Shown here: one piece after another, positions 10,177-19,800 of the stretch
Layout: the number at the start of each line of letters is the position of its first letter
How positions within the stretch are numbered: position 1 is the first letter of the stretch
Source of the DNA: Patescibacteria group bacterium
GTDB taxonomy: Bacteria; Patescibacteriota; Patescibacteriia; PEXW01
Assembly: GCA_038065235.1 (NCBI GenBank)
Contig: JBBTRK010000006.1
Coordinates: 3,255 to 67,254 of the forward strand
DNA length: 64,000 nucleotides
Reading direction: 5' to 3'
The notes under the pieces: model-generated
The model's input: only the letters and a program-made list of their open reading frames with translations
The model's database searches: none
What the model was told of the DNA's origin: nothing
Translations under genes and position numbers: made by a program

Positions 10177-11175
10177 ATGGCTACCAACCCATTTGCGAAG
10201 GAAGCGGCGCGCGTTGCACGAGCAACGGGTTTTCGGCTCGGCGCGCTCCTCTACACCGCGCGGCACTATGGCCGGCAGTACCGGAACGCGATCTACCAGG
10301 GCACGTTCCGTGGCAAGCCCGCGGTGCTGAAGCTGTACGACGAGCCGCAGCCGACTGACGAGCCGCGGGCACTCGCGGCTTTTAATCGGTCGAAACGTAG
10401 TACTATCCTCCACGCGCCCAAGCTGTACGCGTCGGGCATCGTGTCACCCACGCGTGGTTGGTTGATTATGGAGCGCCTGGCAGATCAAGGTCATTTTTTA
10501 CACTCGCCACTCTCCCCTGCTGATCGAGAAGAATTCCTACGCGTGTTCATGGCGTACCGCCAGAGCTTTCCCACGAAGCCGCACCGGCCGCTGACGCTGC
10601 TGGAGCAGCTCCCAGCACACGAGTACCACACCGTTCGGATTAGCCGGTGGCTGCAGCTCGCGGTGGATACGGAGATTGCTAGGCCGTTGCGGCAGCAGGC
10701 ACTCTCCGGTAAGACGTTTGCCCCACTGTACGAGGCGGCCCTCGTGCTCTTGCGAAAGGAATTTAAAAATCGAAGAATGCTCTGGTGCCACGGCCATGTG
10801 AAGCCGAAGGAGATTTTCCAGTGCGCAGATGGCTCGTACGCCCTGACGGACTTCGCGCACACGCGCATGTACCCCGAAGGCTACGAGCTCGCGTTCATCA
10901 TCTGGGCAGACTGGATGCTGCCTGGCAACTGGCGGCTAGCGTACAGCCAGTGGAAAAAACCCATTCGCGAGTGGCTAGCGCTCATCCGCCCCCTGGCCGT
11001 GAAGCTTAGGTACAAACGTGTCGACGCACTTCTGCATGCAAGTTTGGTCGAACGTACGCTTGGTACCATCCTCGCGGATGTTGAGTCACTTGACCTCTCG
11101 TACGCCGAACGGCGGGGACGGCTGAAGCACTTGTTTCGATTGTTGCGAGAATTGCTCGATGGTCAAACATTGTAA
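10177..11175 (+). CDS. APH/choline-kinase-like phosphotransferase with divergent catalytic loop
   Basis: AVLKLY, WLIMERL, WCHGHVKPKEI...LTDF...YELA. Confidence 0.65.
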   Translation: MATNPFAKEAARVARATGFRLGALLYTARHYGRQYRNAIYQGTFRGKPAVLKLYDEPQPTDEPRALAAFNRSKRSTILHAPKLYASGIVSPTRGWLIMERLADQGHFLHSPLSPADREEFLRVFMAYRQSFPTKPHRPLTLLEQLPAHEYHTVRISRWLQLAVDTEIARPLRQQALSGKTFAPLYEAALVLLRKEFKNRRMLWCHGHVKPKEIFQCADGSYALTDFAHTRMYPEGYELAFIIWADWMLPGNWRLAYSQWKKPIREWLALIRPLAVKLRYKRVDALLHASLVERTLGTILADVESLDLSYAERRGRLKHLFRLLRELLDGQTL

Positions 11176-11180
11176 CCTAT

Positions 11181-11993
11181 ATGCATAGCGTCATCGAAGC
11201 AATTGTACAGCGTCGAAATAAAAGTGTACCTGTTCAGGATGGCAAGAAAATTGGCCTGGTGCTGTACGGCGGGGTCATGGGCGGCATTCGGGGTGCCGGA
11301 GCGATGATTGCTTTGGAGGAAATGGGCTTGGCACATGCTTTCGACTGCATCTACACGAATTCTGCGGGATTTGCGAATGCGTCTTACCTTTTAGCTGGGG
11401 CAACACAGCTAGGGACTTCTATATACTACGAGGATCTCGCGAGTTGGAAGTTCATTAACCCTTTCCGGCTTTGGAAGATTGTGGATATTGACTTCCTAAT
11501 TTCCGTCATGCGGGAAGGTAAGCACTTACCAATTGAAAATATTCTTGCGTCTCACACAAAGCTGTTTGTTGCGCTACAGAATGTGCAAAAACATCAAGCC
11601 GAGTACCTTGAAGTGCATAGTGAGCCGAGTGAGCAGTACTTGGAACTCATGCGGGCTGCAACCTCAATACCATTTCTTCACCCTGGTACCGTGAATATTC
11701 ACGATAAGCCATACATGGACATACCGTTGCACCAGCCAGATTTGCACATTGATAAAGCTTTAGCCAATGGCTGCACCGAGGTTCTTGTAATAGCAAATTA
11801 CTCTAGTCAACTTCCTATAGGGCTCATAGCTGACCGACGAGTGTGTATCATTCAACCCGCACCGTCGTGGAAGCTTGCGCGTCTTGAGCGGCAGTCTACA
11901 AGACTACAGCTAGCATGTGTACAGATGGGGACGCTGGTGTTTCAATCATTTGGGGTTGAGAGAGAAATAACATTAGGGTATGCAAAGCTTTAA
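11181..11993 (+). CDS. Patatin-like phospholipase (divergent)
   Basis: LVLYGGVMGG, FDCIYTNSAG, ATSIP...YMD. Confidence 0.75.
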   Translation: MHSVIEAIVQRRNKSVPVQDGKKIGLVLYGGVMGGIRGAGAMIALEEMGLAHAFDCIYTNSAGFANASYLLAGATQLGTSIYYEDLASWKFINPFRLWKIVDIDFLISVMREGKHLPIENILASHTKLFVALQNVQKHQAEYLEVHSEPSEQYLELMRAATSIPFLHPGTVNIHDKPYMDIPLHQPDLHIDKALANGCTEVLVIANYSSQLPIGLIADRRVCIIQPAPSWKLARLERQSTRLQLACVQMGTLVFQSFGVEREITLGYAKL

Positions 11994-12303
11994 CCAACGT
12001 GTTTTTGCCGTGGTGCGGAAAATTCCCAAAGGCCGCGTGGCAACGTACGGCCAGATTGCTGCACTCATCGGTAGTCCTCGCGCGGCGCAAGCAGTGGGCT
12101 GGGCGCTGCACTCGCTAGATGCAAGGCCAGATAATAGTGTACCGTGGCAGCGCGTTATCAATCGGTTGGGGTATATTTCTACAACTTGTCTTGAACATAC
12201 CGCCGACGAGCAGGCCTTCCTATTACAAAAGGAAGGGGTGAAAGTTATCAAGCAGAAGAAGATGTGGAATGTCGATTTAGAGAAGTATCTTTGGAAGCCA
12301 TGA
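11980..12303 (+). CDS. MGMT-family alkyltransferase-like protein (Atl/YbaZ type)
   Basis: IPKGRVATYGQIA...AQAVGWAL...VPWQRVIN (Trp replaces the catalytic Cys). Confidence 0.9.
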   Translation: MQSFNQRVFAVVRKIPKGRVATYGQIAALIGSPRAAQAVGWALHSLDARPDNSVPWQRVINRLGYISTTCLEHTADEQAFLLQKEGVKVIKQKKMWNVDLEKYLWKP

Positions 12304-12345
12304 TATATTATTAAACCTGCTCAATAGGTGTGCTATAATGGTGAT

Positions 12346-13020
12346 ATGAAAATTGCATTGCAGAAACGTGCTATAATATTGCGTCGAGCAGGTTGGTCGT
12401 ATAACATTATTGCATCTCGACTACATGTATCAAAAAGTTCTTTAAGTCATTGGCTTCGGAGTGTCCCATTTTTTCCAAACAGCACTGTACGGCGGCGGAT
12501 TCGTGAAGGGCCCGCTAAATCAGCGGCACAAAGTGTAGCTCGTAAACTCGCGCGTTTGACTCTGGTTAAGAGAGAGGCTGTGAAAGAATTGAGAACATTG
12601 AATGATCGTGATTGGTTTATGCTGGGACTCGGACTCTACATTGGTGAGGGGACAAAGGCGTATGAAAATATTACCATCGTTAATGCCGATGTTGGGGTTA
12701 TTAAGTTGGCCATTCGTTGGTTTACGAAAATTGGGAATTTAAACAAACAGCATTTCTCCGTTACCCTACATATCTACCCCGATATTTCGGCTGTAAAAGC
12801 AATTTCTTACTGGTCAAGAAATACGAGCATACCAAGGACACGTTTTACAAAGGTAGTTATTGACAAGCGAACGAATAAATCTCGTATTCGACATGGGCGC
12901 TTGCCTTATGGGACGGCTCATGTAACAGTGCGAAGCCATGGTGATGTGCGAAGAGGTGTGGACTTGCACCGAAAGATTATTGCTTGGATCCAACAGATTA
13001 ATAGATTTTTGCGGGTATAG
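12346..13020 (+). CDS. HTH + LAGLIDADG-like protein; stop codon lies within tRNA-Gly
   Basis: LRRAGWSYNIIASRLHVSKSSLSHW HTH; GLGLYIGEGTK...NAD...YW...YGT; more AT-rich than neighbours. Confidence 0.7.
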   Translation: MKIALQKRAIILRRAGWSYNIIASRLHVSKSSLSHWLRSVPFFPNSTVRRRIREGPAKSAAQSVARKLARLTLVKREAVKELRTLNDRDWFMLGLGLYIGEGTKAYENITIVNADVGVIKLAIRWFTKIGNLNKQHFSVTLHIYPDISAVKAISYWSRNTSIPRTRFTKVVIDKRTNKSRIRHGRLPYGTAHVTVRSHGDVRRGVDLHRKIIAWIQQINRFLRV

Positions 13021-13084
13021 TTTAATGGTCAAACATCTCCCTTCCAAGGAGAAGTCGGGAGTTCGATTCTCCCTACCCGCTCCA
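13011..13084 (+). tRNA. tRNA-Gly(TCC)
   Basis: Acceptor GCGGGTA/TACCCGC, anticodon loop CTTCCAA, GTTCGATT T-loop, U73-CCA. Confidence 0.93.
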
Positions 13085-13200
13085 CTCGACGCGTCCCGCT
13101 ACGCGGGACTTGCTCGTGGTCTTCGACCAGCTATTGAGTAGCGCAAAGAATGTTAAGTTGCGATGCGTCGAGTGTCCCGAGCGCTTGTCGAGGGACAACC
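13085..13200. repeat. Post-tRNA palindromic element with nested GTCCCGCTACGCGGGAC
   Basis: CTCGACGC...GCGTCGAG arms; GTCCC...GGGAC hairpins. Confidence 0.6.
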
Positions 13201-13225
13201 ACGCGAAGCCTCGCTTAACCCCACG

Positions 13226-13264
13226 ACCGCGTGCTCGTCCCGCAGATATGGGACTGCGCGCCAC
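13226..13264 (+). repeat. 39-bp element ACCGCGTGCTC-GTCCCGC-N7-GGACTGCGCGCCAC; second copy at 47736-47774
   Basis: Two copies identical except for the 7-nt loop region. Confidence 0.8.
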
Positions 13265-13401
13265 GCTCGTAGGAACCCCGAATGGAACCGAACGGGTGCG
13301 ACAACCCCAAAATATAGTATGTTGCTTTTTTCCTACAAATGTGTTTTTTTGGTACACTAATACTCTATAGGTATTGTGGGCAATATAAAAACATCCCAGG
13401 T

Positions 13402-15045
13402 ATGAACATAGAAAGTACGCCGCTAAAAGAAGCCCTGCTTGCGGGGAACTACGTCAGCACCGAGGATCTCCAACGCGCCGAGCAGTACAGCAAAGACAAC
13501 CATTCGCCGATGGTTGATTTTCTGCTGCAGGAAAACCTAATCTCCAATGATATTCTCGGCCAAGCTATGGCCGAACACTTCGGCGTGACGTACGCAGACC
13601 TCAACACCTACCCGCCTTCGCGCGAGCAGGTACTGCGTATACCCGAGCGTATCGGCAGTGCCTCCCGCGTTGTAATTTTTAAGGAAGCGAAGGGGAAGGT
13701 GACGGTTGCTACGGATAACCCGAAGCGGCCCGACCTTGCAACATCTATCCAGAACGCATTGGGTGTGAAGGACGTTACGATTGCTTACGGTTTGCCTGAT
13801 GACGTCGACGCGACACTGCGGCACTACCGCAAGCCGCTCACCACCCGTTTTGCCGAAATTCTTTCGGCTAAGCACCGCGTGGCACCCGAGCTTTTCGAAG
13901 CCATTCTCGGTGACGCGCTTAATGCTCGCGCTTCGGACGTGCACTTTGATGCGCAGGATAAAGAGGTTGTCATCCGCTTCCGCATCGATGGGGTGCTACA
14001 CGAAGCCGGCCGCATCCCAAAAATTTACTACGAGAATCTCCTCAACCGCGTTAAGGTGCAGGCGCACCTCCGCATCGACGAGCACTACGCGACGCAGGAC
14101 GGTGCCATGCGCATGGAGCATAGCGGCCGGCTTATCGACTTGCGCGTCTCCATTGCACCCACGCTGGATGGTGAGAAGATTGTCTTGCGTTTGCTAGGCG
14201 AGTACGTGAAGAACTTTACGCTCACCGACCTGGGTGTAGCCTCCCACGACCTGGGCAAAGTCTACGATGCTATCGAGAAGCCATTCGGTATGGTCATTGT
14301 CTGCGGCCCGACAGGTAGCGGCAAGACCACAACGCTGTACGGCATCCTGCGCATGCTCAACCGGCCCGAGATAAACATTGCAACTATTGAAGACCCCGTG
14401 GAGTACAAAGTGCCAGGTCTCAACCAGATTCAGGTGAATGCTGATACGAACCTGACGTTCGCCACCGGTTTGCGCTCTATTGCCCGGCAAGACCCAGATG
14501 TGATCATGGTTGGCGAAATCCGTGACCAGGAGACCGCGGACATCAGCGTGAACGCGGCACTCACCGGTCACCTGCTCCTCTCCACCTTCCACGCGAATGA
14601 CGCGGCAACGGCAATCCCCCGCCTCATGGAAATGGGTGTGGAGCCATTCCTCCTCGCTTCGACGTTGGAGCTCCTCGTGGCGCAGCGCTTAGTACGAAAA
14701 CTCTGTGAAACCTGCCGTTACAGTGAGCCAACTAAACTCGAGGATATTGAGAAGCACCTACCGTCAGCGAAGCAGTGGTTCCACGGTCGCACGCACCTCT
14801 ACCATGCCAAAGGGTGCGCGGCGTGCGGTGGGACTGGCTTCAAAGGCCGAACAGGGATCTTCGAGTTCATCCACGTCACCCGGCCGCTCCAGGAGCTCAT
14901 CCCCAAACAGCCATCGAGCCGGGAGATTTGGACCGTAGCCAGCAAGGGCGGCTCCCGCTCGCTCTTCGAGGACGGCATTGAGAAAGTGCAGAACGGCGTG
15001 ACGACGCTGGAGGAGCTGCTCCGCGTCGCAACCCCGTCACAGTAA
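13402..15045 (+). CDS. pilB: Type IV pilus/T2SS assembly ATPase PilB/GspE
   Basis: ASDVH, RFRIDG, GPTGSGKTT, TIEDPVE, RQDPDVIMVGEIRD, TGHL..ST.H, Cys Zn motifs. Confidence 0.93.
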   Translation: MNIESTPLKEALLAGNYVSTEDLQRAEQYSKDNHSPMVDFLLQENLISNDILGQAMAEHFGVTYADLNTYPPSREQVLRIPERIGSASRVVIFKEAKGKVTVATDNPKRPDLATSIQNALGVKDVTIAYGLPDDVDATLRHYRKPLTTRFAEILSAKHRVAPELFEAILGDALNARASDVHFDAQDKEVVIRFRIDGVLHEAGRIPKIYYENLLNRVKVQAHLRIDEHYATQDGAMRMEHSGRLIDLRVSIAPTLDGEKIVLRLLGEYVKNFTLTDLGVASHDLGKVYDAIEKPFGMVIVCGPTGSGKTTTLYGILRMLNRPEINIATIEDPVEYKVPGLNQIQVNADTNLTFATGLRSIARQDPDVIMVGEIRDQETADISVNAALTGHLLLSTFHANDAATAIPRLMEMGVEPFLLASTLELLVAQRLVRKLCETCRYSEPTKLEDIEKHLPSAKQWFHGRTHLYHAKGCAACGGTGFKGRTGIFEFIHVTRPLQELIPKQPSSREIWTVASKGGSRSLFEDGIEKVQNGVTTLEELLRVATPSQ

Positions 15046-15056
15046 CACCACCACCC

Positions 15057-16112
15057 ATGCAGATTGGAGGCGCGAAGGAACGTGCGTACGTCGTTGAGAA
15101 CCTGGCCGTGCTCCTCGGCGCTGGCATGGATGTATTGTCTGCCGTCTCGGCTGTTGAGACGCAGGTGCGCTCGGTAGCGATGAAGCAGACGCTCGCGACG
15201 ATTCGAGAGGAACTCAGCAATGGCGCGGCAATTTGGCGCACACTCGATGCGGCGAAGATCCTGCCGAAGCGCGCGACGTACTTGGTGCGGTTGGGTGAAG
15301 ATTCTGGACGGCTCGCGGAGAATCTCACGCTCATCGCCAAGCAGCAAGAGAAAGACCGCCTGCTCACGTCAAAGATTCGATCCGCAATGGTGTACCCCAT
15401 TTTCGTTTTGGGTCTCACCATTGTGGTTGGCCTAGGAGTGTCGTGGTTCATCCTGCCGCGCTTGAGCACGGTATTTGGCTCGCTCAACGTCCACCTGCCA
15501 GCCATAACCAAAGCGCTCATTCAGTTTGGCGCATTTCTGCAGGACTGGGGAGCCATTGCTGTACCGGCAACTATCGTCGTCATCGGAGGGGCGATCATAG
15601 TTGCCTTTCGGCGGCCCGGGAGCAGAGCGGCACTGCAAGGGTTTGCTTTGAAAATCCCCGCGATACGGAATGTCGTGTTGGAGGTTGAGCTCACGCGGTT
15701 CGGCTTTGTCCTTGGCACGCTGCTGCAGGCTGGCTTGCCGGTCGTCGAGGCGGTGGAATCGCTAGAGCAGTCCTCGGCGATCGTGCAGTACAAGAAGCTC
15801 TACGCCAGGCTCCGTAGCGACATCGAGGATGGCGAATCATTCCACGCCAGCCTCCGCGCGTACCCCAAGAGCAATCAGCTCATTCCTATTCCGATCCAGG
15901 AACTTATTGCGACCGGTGAGCAATCTGGCAAGCTCGCCGAGATGCTGCTGCGCATCTCCGTCATCTACGAGCAGAAGACTGACCAGAGTACCAAGAACCT
16001 CTCTTCTATCCTGGAGCCAATTCTCCTCGTCATTGTTTGGCTGGGCGTGCTCGGCGTGGCTGTTGCCATCATCCTGCCCATTTACAGTCTCGTCGGGCAG
16101 TTCAACCCGTAG
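15057..16112 (+). CDS. pilC: Type IV pilus inner-membrane platform protein PilC/GspF
   Basis: Two GspF repeats (GEDSGRL...KIRSAMVYP; GEQSGKL...LEPIL). Confidence 0.9.
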   Translation: MQIGGAKERAYVVENLAVLLGAGMDVLSAVSAVETQVRSVAMKQTLATIREELSNGAAIWRTLDAAKILPKRATYLVRLGEDSGRLAENLTLIAKQQEKDRLLTSKIRSAMVYPIFVLGLTIVVGLGVSWFILPRLSTVFGSLNVHLPAITKALIQFGAFLQDWGAIAVPATIVVIGGAIIVAFRRPGSRAALQGFALKIPAIRNVVLEVELTRFGFVLGTLLQAGLPVVEAVESLEQSSAIVQYKKLYARLRSDIEDGESFHASLRAYPKSNQLIPIPIQELIATGEQSGKLAEMLLRISVIYEQKTDQSTKNLSSILEPILLVIVWLGVLGVAVAIILPIYSLVGQFNP

Positions 16113-16160
16113 GTCATGCCCCGGCGCGGATTTATCCAGCACCACTTTGCAGACCACATA

Positions 16161-16631
16161 ATGCATAATTCTTCTCGACGCGTTGCCGCTCGTGACGTAC
16201 AAAGTGGTGCTGGATTTACCCTTATTGAAGTCCTTCTCTCGGTGGCTCTCATTGGGCTCATCGCCAGCATTGGCGCAGTGGTGTACCAGCAGTTGCAGAA
16301 CCGCAATGCCCTAGACGTCGCTGCGGTGACCGTGGCCACGCAGTACCGACGCGCACAAGCCTTGAGCCGCGCCGCAGACGCAGACACCACCTGGGGCGTG
16401 CGCGTGAATGCCGGCACACTCACTCTTTTCCAAGGCACCTCGTTCGCAACGCGTGTTTCCGCGTTTGACGAGGTATCCACACTCTCATCATCAATTACCC
16501 CGAGCGGCTTGGTGGAAGTTATTTTCGCCAAGCTCACGGGTTTGCCGCAGGCCACGGGCACGCTCACCCTCACCGGTCCGAACGACACGCGGACCCTCAC
16601 CCTCAATGCGCAAGGCACGGTCAGCTACTAG
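16161..16631 (+). CDS. Minor pilin (FimT/GspH-like)
   Basis: G|FTLIE prepilin cleavage site followed by a hydrophobic helix. Confidence 0.88.
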   Translation: MHNSSRRVAARDVQSGAGFTLIEVLLSVALIGLIASIGAVVYQQLQNRNALDVAAVTVATQYRRAQALSRAADADTTWGVRVNAGTLTLFQGTSFATRVSAFDEVSTLSSSITPSGLVEVIFAKLTGLPQATGTLTLTGPNDTRTLTLNAQGTVSY

Positions 16632-18348
16632 CAAAGGTTTCTCCGTCGTCGAGGTGCTCCTCGCCGCATCGATTTTCTCGTTGCTCGTCACGGCACTGGT
16701 TGGTGCGTTCCTCTATGGCCAGGAATCGTCAGCGCTCGCCGGCGCCCGCGCCCGAGCCGGCCAGCTGGCTGATGAAGGTTTGGAAGCGAGCCGAAGCATT
16801 CGCGATGGGGCATTTACCAACCTCACCGATGGGGCGCATGGCTTGGCCGTCAGCGGCGGCGTGTGGACCTACAGCGGCACGCAGGATATTGCCGGTCAAT
16901 TTACACGAGCGGTAACCGTGAGTACCGTTGACGCAAACACGAAAACGCTCACCAGCACCGTCAGCTGGCAGCAGAATGCCCAGCGCACTGGGACAGCGAG
17001 CGCAACGACTCGGCTGACGAATTGGTCCGTGGCTGTCGCGGCACTTTTCCCGGATGGTCTGCTCGTCTATGGCGACGGCACGACCACGCCGAAGTACCGA
17101 ACCTACGCCACAAGCACGAATACATTCGGCGCCCAGACCGGCACGCTTGTCGCTACTTCTGGCCGAACCTTTACCCTACGTACGTCGCCCACGAAGACCG
17201 AGGCGATTGCTGGGTACGTGACCGCCGCTGGCGTACTCAACGTGTTGTGTTTCAATGGCACCACCTGGACAAATGATTGGTCGGTCACCGTTGGCGGCAC
17301 CGGCACCACGCGCCGTTTCGACATTGCTTACGAAACTGCGAGTGGCGATGTTATGGTGCTTTATAGCACGAACACGGCAACGACGAACGAGCTGGCGTAC
17401 CGGACGAAGTTGGGGAGCGCCGGCTGCGGTGCGGCGAACTGGGCAGCGGCGACGAACCTTAACCCTGTGCGCACCTCTGGCATCGTCCACTGGGTGAAAA
17501 TGGCGTGGGATAGGCGGGCTGGCCAGAATCTCATCACCGCCATTTGGGCGGATGCAAGTGCTGACCTCTCGGCCATGGTGTGGAGCGGCAGCGCGTGGGG
17601 CAACGAGCCGACCACGGCGATGAGCACAACCCTCGAAGTGGTTACTGCAGCACAGGATGTGGAAGATTTTGATGTGGATTACGAATCGCTGTCTGGTGAC
17701 GTTATGGTGGTGTGGTCTAATGCTGTTGTGGGTAATACCGTGCGGTACCGGGCGTGCACGGGTGGAACAGCTACCTGCACATGGAGCGCAATAACCACCC
17801 CGATATTTGCCGACGATGCAACGAATTTGGATATTTCGGCAAACCCCAATACTGACCAAATAGTTTTTGCCTCGATTGGCAATTTACAGAGCGACTTACA
17901 GCTTGGCTACTGGAGCGGTACCGCGTGGACGATTGCTACCAACGTCGATCAAACCGCCGCAACGCCACTTGCCGGGACAAAATTAGTGAGCACTGGCTGG
18001 CTCATCAATGGTGCTACAACGCGGAGCATTGTGGTTTACAACGATAGCGCAACTACGAATATTGGTTACTATGCCGGTAACCTGGGGGTCTTCACCGTGC
18101 AAGCAGATTTTGCCCCCACGCCAGTATTTGCAAATCCGCAAAAGTATTACCAGCTCGAGATGAACCCGTTGAGCAAAGACCAGCTCATGTTAAGCCTGTC
18201 GGATAACCTTAACGATTCATACAGCAAGCGTTTGCTAATGACCGCGGTACCCGCTTTCACCTGGACGAATGCCGATGGCGGGGCGCTGGTGACCACGCTT
18301 CCGCAAGCCATCAACAGCCCCTTCGCCTTTGCCTATAAGCGGTTTTAA
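16606..18348 (+). CDS. Large minor pilin with long beta-rich C-terminal adhesin-like domain
   Basis: MRKARSATSKG|FSVVEVLL; repeated WSGSAW/WSGTAW/FNGTTW and SGDVMV motifs. Confidence 0.85.
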   Translation: MRKARSATSKGFSVVEVLLAASIFSLLVTALVGAFLYGQESSALAGARARAGQLADEGLEASRSIRDGAFTNLTDGAHGLAVSGGVWTYSGTQDIAGQFTRAVTVSTVDANTKTLTSTVSWQQNAQRTGTASATTRLTNWSVAVAALFPDGLLVYGDGTTTPKYRTYATSTNTFGAQTGTLVATSGRTFTLRTSPTKTEAIAGYVTAAGVLNVLCFNGTTWTNDWSVTVGGTGTTRRFDIAYETASGDVMVLYSTNTATTNELAYRTKLGSAGCGAANWAAATNLNPVRTSGIVHWVKMAWDRRAGQNLITAIWADASADLSAMVWSGSAWGNEPTTAMSTTLEVVTAAQDVEDFDVDYESLSGDVMVVWSNAVVGNTVRYRACTGGTATCTWSAITTPIFADDATNLDISANPNTDQIVFASIGNLQSDLQLGYWSGTAWTIATNVDQTAATPLAGTKLVSTGWLINGATTRSIVVYNDSATTNIGYYAGNLGVFTVQADFAPTPVFANPQKYYQLEMNPLSKDQLMLSLSDNLNDSYSKRLLMTAVPAFTWTNADGGALVTTLPQAINSPFAFAYKRF

Positions 18349-18351
18349 CCC

Positions 18352-18864
18352 ATGCGCCGAACCATGCACCAGAAAGGTTTCACGCTAGTTGAGCTTCTAC
18401 TCTACGTTGCGATGACGACGATTATGGTTGGCACGATTTCGGTGTTCCTATTCATAATCTTGCAGGTACGGGTAAAGAACCAAGTTATTAATGAAGTAGA
18501 GCAGCAAGGCCAGCAAGTCGTGCAGCGCATAAATCAGGTGGTACGCAATGCCACCGGGATTACCGTACCGTCCATTGGTGTAAGCGGAGCCAGTACCACG
18601 CTTACCGTCACGCCAGCCGGAAACAGCCCCACAGTCTTCGACCTTTCCACCGGGGCGCTGCGCATTACCGAAGGTGCGGGCTCACCTATCGTCCTTACCA
18701 ACGCCCGCGTGACCGTTTCGGCGCTTACGTTTACCAATACCAGCCGCAGTGCCATATCCAAAGACCTCCGCGTAACCTTTACCCTCACGGCCGTGAATAG
18801 CAGCGGCCGCAACGAGTACGATTACACCAAGACCTTTACGACCTCTGCCCATGTCCGCCCCTAA
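18352..18864 (+). CDS. Minor pilin (PilW/GspJ-like)
   Basis: KG|FTLVELLLY. Confidence 0.88.
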   Translation: MRRTMHQKGFTLVELLLYVAMTTIMVGTISVFLFIILQVRVKNQVINEVEQQGQQVVQRINQVVRNATGITVPSIGVSGASTTLTVTPAGNSPTVFDLSTGALRITEGAGSPIVLTNARVTVSALTFTNTSRSAISKDLRVTFTLTAVNSSGRNEYDYTKTFTTSAHVRP

Positions 18865-19243
18865 GCCCAAAGGTTTTGTCACGCTCATGAGCGTCCTCAT
18901 CCTGGGGGCGGTCGGTGTTTCGGTGGTCGTTTCCCTCATCCAGCTGGGCTTAGGCAGCTCGCGGACCAGCTTTGCCACCGAGCAATCTATCCAGGCGCGC
19001 GGTCTCGCAGACGCGTGCGGGGAAGCAGCCTTGAGCACAATCCGGCTTACGCCAGCGTTTACAGGGACAACCCCCCTAACTTTTGGCTCTGGTACCTGCT
19101 CATTCACGGTAACGAATACCGGCGGGACAACCCGGCTCGTTGTTGCCAGTGGGACTGTTGGCACCATTCTCCGTCGAGTGAGCATTGTTGTCGCCACGGT
19201 CGCGCCAGTCACCCTTACGAGTTGGCAAGAGGTTGCGAACTAG
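18851..19243 (+). CDS. PilX/GspK-like minor pilin
   Basis: KG|FVTLMSVLIL (no Glu5); ARGLADACGE; C-terminal WQE. Confidence 0.8.
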   Translation: MSAPKPKGFVTLMSVLILGAVGVSVVVSLIQLGLGSSRTSFATEQSIQARGLADACGEAALSTIRLTPAFTGTTPLTFGSGTCSFTVTNTGGTTRLVVASGTVGTILRRVSIVVATVAPVTLTSWQEVAN

Positions 19244-19290
19244 TCGCTTTGGCGTATACTGTACGTAGTTCACTCTTAATCCTAGGTCAT

Positions 19291-19749
19291 ATGCGCAGCA
19301 CTTCACGCGGTTTTACTCTCATCGAAATTCTGCTGGTCGTGGCGGCAATTGGCATCCTTGCCGGTATTGTTATTTTGGCAATTAACCCCAACAAGCAGCT
19401 GGGCGACACGAAGGACGCGCAGCGGAGCGCTGACGTGACCACCATTCTCAACGCGGTGTACCAGTACGCCATTGATAGTAACGGCGTTGCGCCGGCGACG
19501 ATTACCAACGGCACAGGGTGTGGCATAGCCACGCAAGAAGTCTGCAAGACCGGCGGCACCTGTACGGGGCTTACTGACCTGGGCGTGCTTACCACCAATG
19601 CCAAGTACCTTGTTGCCATGCCTACCGATCCAACGGGTGCATCCACCAACGGGGCTGGCTACGAAGTGTATAAGAACGCCACGACAAGCCGCATCACGGT
19701 TTGCGCGCCAGATGTGGAGCAGAGCGCTACAATATCCGTTACTCGGTAA
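19291..19749 (+). CDS. Type IV pilin (probable major pilin)
   Basis: RG|FTLIEILLVVAAIGILAGIVILAINP..Q....DAQR.ADV; MPTDP. Confidence 0.9.
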   Translation: MRSTSRGFTLIEILLVVAAIGILAGIVILAINPNKQLGDTKDAQRSADVTTILNAVYQYAIDSNGVAPATITNGTGCGIATQEVCKTGGTCTGLTDLGVLTTNAKYLVAMPTDPTGASTNGAGYEVYKNATTSRITVCAPDVEQSATISVTR

Positions 19750-19765
19750 CATTCTCATTCATTCA

Positions 19766-19799
19766 GAAAACTGCTCTCGAGATGCTCGCGGCAGTTTTC
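19766..19799. terminator. Bidirectional terminator between the pilin operon and suhB
   Basis: GAAAACTGC...GCAGTTTTC hairpin between convergent genes. Confidence 0.7.
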
Positions 19800-19800
19800 G

